A stretch of 64,000 bases of DNA from an archaeon (lineage in GTDB: Archaea; Iainarchaeota; Iainarchaeia; Iainarchaeales; 0-14-0-20-34-12), in the NCBI GenBank assembly GCA_038046645.1, contig JBBSVU010000014.1, forward strand, positions 1,512 to 65,511. The letters are read 5' to 3'. Positions 9,576 through 15,962 of the stretch are shown in pieces. A program made the translations under genes and the position numbers. Each line of letters starts with the position of its first letter. Position 1 is the stretch's first letter. The notes beneath the pieces were generated by a model, which searched no databases, was not told where the DNA came from, and worked only from the letters and a program-made list of their open reading frames with translations.

Positions 9576-9585
9576 TTTTAAAATA
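9576..9585 (+). promoter_or_regulatory. TATA-box-like element for a leaderless GGR transcript
   Basis: TTTTAAAATA is centred ~27 nt upstream of the ATG at 9609. Confidence 0.4.
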
Positions 9586-9608
9586 AAGAACGATATAGGA
9601 TATAGTAT

Positions 9609-10655
9609 ATGGCAGAACTAATATCGCCTTCCTTAATTAAGGTAGGCTATGATGTAATTATAGCAGGGGTTGGCCCTGCTGGCTGCACACTTGCTGAAAA
9701 CCTTTCATCAAAATATAGGGTACTTATTGCAGATTATAGGTCATTGCCAAGGGAAAAACCATGCGGCGGCATGCTTGTTAGGGAAGCAAAAGAATTTGTG
9801 GACAAGAAAAAAATGCCTGCAGACATATTTGCTGGGCCAAAATACCTTGACATAAAGTATATGGACTGGAATAATGGCACTGAAACCTTAATTAAAAAAG
9901 GATTTTACAATATACACAGGGAAAAATTTGATGCCTGGCTTTTTCAGTCAATAAAAGCAAACAATGTGAACATAAGCGCAAATACTAAGCTAATTGATTA
10001 TTACCCAACAAAAAAGAAGAATTATGTTGTTGCAATTTTTTCTAGCGACGGTGAAATAAAAGGTGCGGTATGCAAATATCTTATAGGTTGTGATGGTGCA
10101 CTTTCCACAGTAAGAAACAAATTGACAAACACAAAAGTGCCGTACTACATAGCAATGCAGGAACTAATAGATAAAAAATTATGTGATGATGCTTATTTTA
10201 TCTTTGACAATTCAATAACTGATTTTTATTGCTGGGCAATACCAAAGGATGACAAAACATTAATCGGGGCAGCTATTCCACCGGAATCAGCAAGGGAAAG
10301 GTTTGAATTATTCAAAAATAAACTTTCAAAAAGAATGGGATGTACAAGTTTAAATGGCAGATTAAGCTCTGCACTTCTTTCAAGGCCAAACTCCATAAGG
10401 CAAACCTTTTTAGGTGATAAAAATGTTATGCTTGCTGGAGAAGCAGCTGGCTTGATAAGCCCAAGCAGTGGTGAAGGCATAAGCTTTGCGCAATACAGCG
10501 GATTTTATTGCGCTGAAGCAATAAATAAAGAGTATGAAAATGCACTTCCCTATTATAAGGAAAAATGCAAGCCATTGATTGAAAGGATTAGGGCAAAACT
10601 TAGAAAATCAGAAGCATTAAAAAATGTTGGAAAGCGACCTTATTTGTTAAAATAG
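9609..10655 (+). CDS. geranylgeranyl reductase-family FAD-dependent oxidoreductase
   Basis: FAD fingerprint DVIIAGVGPAGC, KPCGGML and GCDGALSTVR. Lies next to the UbiA prenyltransferase. Confidence 0.8.
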   Translation: MAELISPSLIKVGYDVIIAGVGPAGCTLAENLSSKYRVLIADYRSLPREKPCGGMLVREAKEFVDKKKMPADIFAGPKYLDIKYMDWNNGTETLIKKGFYNIHREKFDAWLFQSIKANNVNISANTKLIDYYPTKKKNYVVAIFSSDGEIKGAVCKYLIGCDGALSTVRNKLTNTKVPYYIAMQELIDKKLCDDAYFIFDNSITDFYCWAIPKDDKTLIGAAIPPESARERFELFKNKLSKRMGCTSLNGRLSSALLSRPNSIRQTFLGDKNVMLAGEAAGLISPSSGEGISFAQYSGFYCAEAINKEYENALPYYKEKCKPLIERIRAKLRKSEALKNVGKRPYLLK

Positions 10656-10711
10656 TTTGAATCTCTCATCAACAGAACATTAGTTATGGTTTTTCGGGCA
10701 AAATGCTAACC

Positions 10712-10921
10712 TTATTTTAAATGCCTTTGCCATTCAATCTTGTTCCATATCCTTTCATGGGCATAATAAAGCACAGTAGCCACTAAGGTAAAGGCTATTG
10801 TGATAAACGATGTTTCAAAAAGGTTGCCAGTATAAAACCATGATATGCCCGCTAGGGCTAAAGAAGCGAGCACTCGGTAAGTAATCGACTTGACCAAAGA
10901 ACGCTTGAATGAATCTTCCAT
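10712..10921 (-). CDS. DUF2061 family small membrane protein (paralog 1)
   Basis: KRSLVKSITYRVLASL...VLYYAHERIWNKIEW matches the DUF2061 signature as I recall it. Confidence 0.75.
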   Translation of the reverse strand: MEDSFKRSLVKSITYRVLASLALAGISWFYTGNLFETSFITIAFTLVATVLYYAHERIWNKIEWQRHLK

Positions 10922-11084
10922 AATTTCACGGCTTTTGAAAAATATATATGTAATAAAAGCACTGAATCTATATTAATATATCCCCAAAAATACGATTATT
11001 GACGTTATTTTATGCCTGCTAAAACCAAACCAATTAAAAGACTTGCTCCCTAATTTAGTATTCAAAATTAATGAGAGGGTTTTA

Positions 11085-11324
11085 ATGGCAAAAACTATGG
11101 TAATATTGGAAAAATTCAAATGTATTGGCTGCGGTACTTGTGCAGCACTATGCCCAGATTTTTGGGAGCTTGAAGATATGAAAGCAAAACTAAAAGGAAG
11201 CAAATTAAAAAATATTCCTGAAGGAGAGGTTGAAACGCTTGAAAAAGACTTGACTGATGATCAGGTAAAATGCAATAAGGATTGCGAACAAAATTGCCCT
11301 GTTGCATGCATAATAATAAAATAA
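11085..11324 (+). CDS. ferredoxin (single-cluster type)
   Basis: CIGCGTCAALCP motif plus a distal CEQNCPVAC. ATG at 11085 inside track ORF 11043. Confidence 0.8.
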   Translation: MAKTMVILEKFKCIGCGTCAALCPDFWELEDMKAKLKGSKLKNIPEGEVETLEKDLTDDQVKCNKDCEQNCPVACIIIK

Positions 11325-11377
11325 ACTCTTTTAAAGAAGCAGGGCTTTTAAGCCTTGCTGCAAATGTTTTGGTTAAT

Positions 11378-11674
11378 ATGGTTGATGAAAAATCGGTAAT
11401 GGATTCACTAAGGAATGTTTATGACCCTGAACTGGGCATAAACATTGTTGACCTTGGTTTTATTTATAAGATCGAAATAAATGAAGGCAGGGTAAATGTA
11501 AGAATGACATTTACAAGCCCACATTGCCCGTTAAGTGGAATGATAACTGACCAGGTAAAAGAAGCGGCCATAAAAGTTAACGGCGTTAAAGAAGTGAATG
11601 TTGAGCTTGTTTTTGATCCTCCTTGGAACCCAAGCATGATGAATTCTGAGATTAGAAAACAATTAGGGGTGTAA
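11378..11674 (+). CDS. DUF59/MIP18-family Fe-S assembly protein (SufT/PaaD-like)
   Basis: LRNVYDPELGINIVDLGFIY...TFTSPHCPLSGMI...DPPWNP. ATG at 11378 inside track ORF 11282. Confidence 0.8.
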   Translation: MVDEKSVMDSLRNVYDPELGINIVDLGFIYKIEINEGRVNVRMTFTSPHCPLSGMITDQVKEAAIKVNGVKEVNVELVFDPPWNPSMMNSEIRKQLGV

Positions 11675-11676
11675 TT

Positions 11677-12057
11677 ATGAATATTGGTTTGGGAATTGGA
11701 ATTATTATTGCGGTGATAATTATTGTAATTTCGGGTTTTGCAGTAATGGAAATGATTAAGCCTAAAGTAAGCAATGAAAAATTAGCTGAATTTGCGAAAT
11801 GCTTAACTGAAAAAGGCGCCAAGATGTATGGTGCTTACTGGTGCATGCACTGCAAAAGCCAAAAAGAAGAATTTGGGGATGCTTTCCAGTACATAAACTA
11901 TGTTGAATGTGATTTAGGCGGAGGAAAAACAGCACAGGAATGCATTGAAAAAGGCATAGATGGCTATCCTAAATGGATAATCAATGAAAAAAAGTATGAT
12001 GGCAAGCAGACCTTCCAGGAATTAGCACAGGCAAGCGGCTGTGAATTAAAACAATAG
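11677..12057 (+). CDS. membrane-anchored thioredoxin-like protein of the VKOR-associated type (CMHC)
   Basis: One N-terminal TM, then GAKMYGAYWCMHCKSQKEEFG...YVEC...GIDGYPKWII...LAQASG. This is the motif set of the Trx-like domain fused to bacterial VKOR homologs. Confidence 0.8.
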   Translation: MNIGLGIGIIIAVIIIVISGFAVMEMIKPKVSNEKLAEFAKCLTEKGAKMYGAYWCMHCKSQKEEFGDAFQYINYVECDLGGGKTAQECIEKGIDGYPKWIINEKKYDGKQTFQELAQASGCELKQ

Positions 12058-12085
12058 AATTTAAATAATTCAAAAAAGTTCGAAT

Positions 12086-12295
12086 CTATTTTGGGTGCCT
12101 TTGCCATCCTGTTTTATTCCATATGCGTTCATGAATATAATAAATTACAATAGCCACAATAGTAAAAACAACTGTAATAAGAGAAGTTTCAAACAGATTC
12201 CTTGTGAAAAACCAGGATATTATGGCTAAAGCCAATGATGCAAGTATTCTGTAGGTAATTGCTTTTACCAGAGAGCGTTTATGTGAATCTTTCAT
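12086..12295 (-). CDS. DUF2061 family small membrane protein (paralog 2)
   Basis: MKDSHKRSLVKAITYRILASL...IYYIHERIWNKTGW is collinear with 10712..10921. The Met at 12295 aligns with the paralog's start (track ORF begins at 12310). Confidence 0.75.
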   Translation of the reverse strand: MKDSHKRSLVKAITYRILASLALAIISWFFTRNLFETSLITVVFTIVAIVIYYIHERIWNKTGWQRHPK

Positions 12296-12343
12296 AAATA
12301 TTTTCCACACTTGCTTGATTAAAATAAAATATAAAAAGAAGAA

Positions 12344-12415
12344 TTACTTCTTCTTTTTCTTGCCTTTCTTTGCTTTTGGCTTCTTTTTAACTTCACCGCA
12401 ACAACAACATGGCAT
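12344..12415 (-). CDS. 23-aa micro-ORF MPCCCCGEVKKKPKAKKGKKKKK (not in the ORF track)
   Basis: ATG at 12415 preceded by GGAGGT with 7-nt spacing. Lies between two co-oriented genes (12525..13190 and 12086..12295). Four consecutive Cys followed by a poly-Lys tail. Confidence 0.4.
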   Translation of the reverse strand: MPCCCCGEVKKKPKAKKGKKKKK

Positions 12416-12524
12416 AAAATTACCTCCAAAAATTAAGATATACTAGATTAGTTTTATGGTTATTTAAATATATAGTTACAAAAATGCAAAAAAAATTGAG
12501 TTATTTGCAAAACTGCGAGATAAG

Positions 12525-13190
12525 TTATTGTTTATTTTCCAAAACAAATTGTTTTAATGTTTCGGCAGACATTTCACCGCAAACAGCTTTTTTTGTTTTC
12601 ATTGAATAGAATGCCGGAACACCCAAAAGGCCGCAATCTCGCGTAATGTCATCAGCATGCAAAGACATTATCTGCTGATTTTTTTCATCATGCCATATCT
12701 CTCGCTTATCAAAAACATAACCTGTTTCTTTTTCCACTTCCAAAACAATAGGGGCCATTTTTTTGCAGTGCGGACATTCTGCCCCATAAAACTCTACAAA
12801 TGCAGCATTAATATCACATACTATTACATCTCCTTGCAACTTCTGCACTGTTGAAATAGGGCAATTTTCCGGGTGCTGCGGGTCACATGTGCCAAATACT
12901 ATTAAATTGTAAGCACCTATTGCGGTGTAAACAGAACTGGCAATCATCAAAACTAGCAAAATCCAAGATAAAATTTCAAAATGTTCGTTTACAAAATGCG
13001 CTAATCCTTTATGCCTCTTGAATATATGCGCAGTAACACTTGCCCTTATTTTTTTATCCAATGATGAATCGCACGGCTTAAACATAAGCCTTTTCGTAAC
13101 GCATCCAAAGGATTCCTTGGCCAGTTTTCTGTATTTAACAGAAAAAATTCCAAGAATTGCAAAAACAAAAAATGCAATAATACAAATCAT
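12525..13190 (-). CDS. 2-TM membrane protein with C-terminal thioredoxin domain (CPHC) and extra Cys pairs
   Basis: TM1 at the N-terminus, a basic loop with C-x9-C (CVTKRLMFKPC), TM2, C-x7-C (CDPQHPENC), then the Trx domain FVEFYGAECPHCKKMAP...GVPAFY. Confidence 0.6.
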   Translation of the reverse strand: MICIIAFFVFAILGIFSVKYRKLAKESFGCVTKRLMFKPCDSSLDKKIRASVTAHIFKRHKGLAHFVNEHFEILSWILLVLMIASSVYTAIGAYNLIVFGTCDPQHPENCPISTVQKLQGDVIVCDINAAFVEFYGAECPHCKKMAPIVLEVEKETGYVFDKREIWHDEKNQQIMSLHADDITRDCGLLGVPAFYSMKTKKAVCGEMSAETLKQFVLENKQ

Positions 13191-13244
13191 GTTCTCAACC
13201 TAACAATATTCAATTAATTTAATATACCAATCACTTTTTTTAAA

Positions 13245-13314
13245 ACAATTTTCTCTTTCTTCTTTGAATAAAATATTTATTCTTTCTCTTTCGCAAAGAG
13301 AAAGAAAAAAGATT
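13245..13314. repeat. degenerate half-copy of the polypurine/polypyrimidine hairpin element, abutting the tRNA-Leu 3' end
   Basis: TTTTCTCTTTCTTCTTTGA...then a 12-bp hairpin TTCTTTCTCTTT-CGC-AAAGAGAAAGAA (13280-13306), 8 nt from the tRNA discriminator base. Confidence 0.45.
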
Positions 13315-13398
13315 TGCAGGAGACAGGATTCGAACCTGCGAAGGCACTAAGCCACCAGATCTTGAGTCTGGTCCCGTTGGCCGCTTGGGTACTCCTGC
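13315..13398 (-). tRNA. tRNA-Leu(CAA), no intron
   Basis: Acceptor GCAGGAG/CTCCTGC, anticodon loop CTCAAGA, long variable arm TGGCTTAGTGCCTTC, T arm GCAGG-TTCGAAT-CCTGT, discriminator A. Confidence 0.95.
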
Positions 13399-13446
13399 AA
13401 TAGATAAAACTGTTAATGGAATTAATTATAAATCTTAGTCTTACCT
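13399..13446 (-). promoter_or_regulatory. ~48-nt promoter-like block directly upstream of tRNA-Leu (copy 1)
   Basis: Minus strand reads AGGTAAGACTAAGATTTATAATTAATTCCATTAACAGTTTTATCTATT, then the tRNA 5' end. Contains the TATA-like GATTTATAA. About 85% identical to 13961-14007. Confidence 0.45.
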
Positions 13447-13456
13447 GTGATTAAAC

Positions 13457-13948
13457 CTAAGAATATTTTGCAATATGTTCAAGGCGTGGCTTAGCTAACC
13501 TTATGTAATCATTCACTCTTAAAGCCATTGAACGGTCCAAGCGTGCTGCATTGAAGAATATTTCATCGTTCTTCAATAATAAAGGATCAACAATTAATTC
13601 CATCTCAGGATTAAAAGAAAATGGAAGAACTGTGCCAACAACGCTACCCGATAATTTTTCTGCAATTTCTGGATTAGCAAAAGATATGTATGTGCCTTGG
13701 AATAATTCCTTAACAACATTTAAATCAATTTTAGCATCACCAGGGATAACCCCCAAAACATGCTTTGTTACTTTCTTTCCAATCTTAACCATAATAACAA
13801 TGCATTTGGCTGCCTGTGAAACCTTATTGCCACGCATTGGGCTGACAATTTCAGTCCGCCCTTCTGGTGGATGGTCAATCAGCCTGTATTCTGCTTTATT
13901 TTTATCAAGAAATTCAATGAGCTGCGTGTAGGTATTGTTTTCAGTCAT
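13457..13948 (-). CDS. YbaK/ProX-type aminoacyl-tRNA deacylase domain protein
   Basis: 163 aa. Layout KCIVIMVK...HVLGVIPGDAKIDLNVVKE...SGSVVGTVLPFSF is typical of YbaK/EbsC editing domains. Confidence 0.6.
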   Translation of the reverse strand: MTENNTYTQLIEFLDKNKAEYRLIDHPPEGRTEIVSPMRGNKVSQAAKCIVIMVKIGKKVTKHVLGVIPGDAKIDLNVVKELFQGTYISFANPEIAEKLSGSVVGTVLPFSFNPEMELIVDPLLLKNDEIFFNAARLDRSMALRVNDYIRLAKPRLEHIAKYS

Positions 13949-13960
13949 AAAAATCTAATT

Positions 13961-14007
13961 AATAGATAAAACTATTAAAGTAATTGATATAAATCTTAGT
14001 CTTACCT
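13961..14007 (-). promoter_or_regulatory. promoter-like block, copy 2 (upstream of the YbaK-like gene)
   Basis: Minus strand reads AGGTAAGACTAAGATTTATATCAATTACTTTAATAGTTTTATCTATT, 12 nt before the ATG at 13948. Overlaps the stop codon of the upstream gene. Confidence 0.45.
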
Positions 14008-14538
14008 TGGCCTTATTGCTCTTCTTCTAACAGGTTTTAAATGGATAAAAAAATCTGGAAATTGGCTTCGATCCAATTCTCCTTGGGTTCTGCTAACAAA
14101 CCGGGAATTAGGCAGCTTAGCTGTATTTCTATCCACGACATGCTGCATTACTCTTTGCATATTGCCAAGCATTCCACTCCATTTAACTGTGTTAGTTCCA
14201 TTTCTTCTAGCAAAACCTATCGCATGGTTGTGCAATGCGTTTGCAATTCCCCGGTTCCAGAATTTTTCCTTGACATTTGTTCTAAAAATAACAAGCTCTT
14301 GTTGTTTAGGGCGGTAAGGCTTTAAGGAAAGCATACCAATTGCTTCCCTGCTTTTAAAATCACGGGCAACAATATAGGAAAATCCTCTTTCTAAATCTGT
14401 TTGAATTGATCTTTTGAACCAATCAAGTTTTCTTCTTGGAATCATCCGCGATTCTTTGAAGGTTGTTGCAAGTTCTTCAACTAGTTCTTCCTTCTCTTCA
14501 ACACGTTGTGCATCAACAAATTCAAAAGATAATTTCAT
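14002..14538 (-). CDS. GNAT-like acetyltransferase-fold protein with Arg-rich C-terminus
   Basis: FRTNVKEKFWNRGIANALHNHAIGFARRNG resembles GNAT motif A. Tail is KPVRRRAIRPR. Weak family call. Confidence 0.5.
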   Translation of the reverse strand: MKLSFEFVDAQRVEEKEELVEELATTFKESRMIPRRKLDWFKRSIQTDLERGFSYIVARDFKSREAIGMLSLKPYRPKQQELVIFRTNVKEKFWNRGIANALHNHAIGFARRNGTNTVKWSGMLGNMQRVMQHVVDRNTAKLPNSRFVSRTQGELDRSQFPDFFIHLKPVRRRAIRPR

Positions 14539-14545
14539 AAAAATC

Positions 14546-15499
14546 TTAGTTTCTTACAATGTGCGTTCCTGCATTTCCTTCCACTGCTTGCATTAATTTA
14601 TCAATTGAAGTAATTATAACTTGTTTTCCGCCTTTTTCAAGGAAATCAACTGCTGCTTCAATCTTTGGACCCATGCTTCCAGCAGGGAAATGCCCTTGCT
14701 TCAAATAATCCTTTGCTTCGTTCAACGTAATTTTATCTAATTGTTTTTGTTGAGGAGTATTAAAATTTAAGCAAACTTTTTCCACCCCTGTCAAAATAAT
14801 TAGTTGATCCGCTTTAATTTGGGAGGCTAAAAGTGCAGAAGCCCTATCCTTGTCAACAACACCGTCAATGCCTTCTAATCTTCCATCTTTTTCATAATAA
14901 ACAGGCATTCCTCCCCCGCCGCAAACAACAGGAATAATGTTTGAATCGACCAATTTTTTTATTGTTTCTTTTTCAACAATATCTTTTGGAATTGGGCTTG
15001 GGACTACTCTTCTAAAACCTCTGCCAGAATCCTCAATAAAAACCATTTTTTCGGTATTCTCTTTTGATTTAATTTTCTCAACCTGCTCTTTTGTGTAAAA
15101 TGGGCCAATTGGTTTTGACGGATTTATTACATTAAGGTCATTTTTATCACAAACAACCTGGGTAAGCAAGCATACAACCTTTCTTTTAATTCCTTGCTGC
15201 TTCAATTTGTTCTGCAAGGTTTGTTCAATCATATAGCCTATCTCGCCTTCAGATTCCGCTACTGCTACACCTAATGGAATGTAATATGCCTTATCCAGTG
15301 CTGCTTCAGTCCTGATCATTATATTTCCAACCTGGGGGCCATTTCCGTGTGTAATTGCCAATTTGTAGCCTTTTTTAATCAAAGGAATAATTCCTTCAGC
15401 AGCTGCCCTTGTGTTTGCAAACTGCTCATACACTGTACCGTACTGACCTTTCCTAATCAGGGCATTTCCGCCCAATGCTAAAACTATTTTAGTATTCAT
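14546..15499 (-). CDS. arcC: carbamate kinase
   Basis: IVLALGGNALIRKGQ, ITHGNGPQVGN, VVCGGGGMPV. 317 aa, full length. Confidence 0.9.
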   Translation of the reverse strand: MNTKIVLALGGNALIRKGQYGTVYEQFANTRAAAEGIIPLIKKGYKLAITHGNGPQVGNIMIRTEAALDKAYYIPLGVAVAESEGEIGYMIEQTLQNKLKQQGIKRKVVCLLTQVVCDKNDLNVINPSKPIGPFYTKEQVEKIKSKENTEKMVFIEDSGRGFRRVVPSPIPKDIVEKETIKKLVDSNIIPVVCGGGGMPVYYEKDGRLEGIDGVVDKDRASALLASQIKADQLIILTGVEKVCLNFNTPQQKQLDKITLNEAKDYLKQGHFPAGSMGPKIEAAVDFLEKGGKQVIITSIDKLMQAVEGNAGTHIVRN

Positions 15500-15500
15500 G

Positions 15501-15700
15501 CCAATCCTTTTCTTTTTTAGAAAAAAAGAAAAGTCTTAGGCCTATTCCAAAAGAAAAAACTGAAATAGTTAGCTTTTCTTTTCTTTCTTTTGATATGCTA
15601 CATTTCCAAATAAAATTCCTATGGAATTTTATTGGACCAGTAAAATTCTACGAATTTTACTTGGTTCTTTCTTTTCTTTGCGAAAGAAAAGAAAGAAAAG
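15501..15700 (+). repeat. full-length extragenic copy of the hairpin element (copy C) with two inserted short hairpins
   Basis: CCAATCC-[TTTTCTTTTTTAGAAAAAAAGAAAA]-GTCTTAGG, then CCAAAAGAAAAAAC...TTTTCTTTTCTTTCTTTTGA. Short hairpins at 15608-15633 and 15640-15660. Then CTTTCTTTTCTTT-GCG-AAAGAAAAGAAAG (15667-15695). Confidence 0.7.
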
Positions 15701-15706
15701 GTGCAA

Positions 15707-15924
15707 CGCTGGGGGCGAGATTTGAACTCGCGCGGGCTTGCGCCCAACAGCTAGCTGCCATTTTGTTCTGCCAAAAGAAAAACAGGAACTATTTATTAAT
15801 TATGAATACATTGAATTAAATTAGTTCTCTTTTCTTTTGGCAACCTACATTTTCTTTTCTCTTTTTAAGAGAAAAGAAAAGGCGGTAGCAGGCTGTCGCC
15901 TTAACCGGACTGGGCCACCCCAGC
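15707..15924 (-). tRNA. tRNA-Ser(GCU) with 133-nt intron at the canonical 37/38 position
   Basis: 5' exon 15886-15924, 3' exon 15707-15752. Acceptor GCTGGGG/CCCCAGC, anticodon loop CTGCTA|A, variable arm TGGGCGCAAGCCCGC, T arm GCGAG-TTCAAAT-CTCGC, discriminator G. Loop CUGC pairs with intron-3' GCAG (BHB-like). Confidence 0.9.
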
Positions 15925-15962
15925 TTTTTGATACTAAAAAAGGTTGCTTAATCTTTAAAATG

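Noticed and set aside
10973-11203. 76-aa minus-strand ORF
   Set aside because: It overlaps the ferredoxin gene and its promoter region in antisense and has no motifs.
15595-15819. 74-aa plus-strand ORF in the track
   Set aside because: It runs antisense through the tRNA-Ser 3' exon and intron and through hairpin repeats. It has no coding-like composition.
15501-15924. CRISPR array as an explanation for the recurring hairpin repeats
   Set aside because: There is no regular repeat-spacer periodicity, the repeats are self-complementary low-complexity hairpins of varying sequence, and no cas genes are present in the window.
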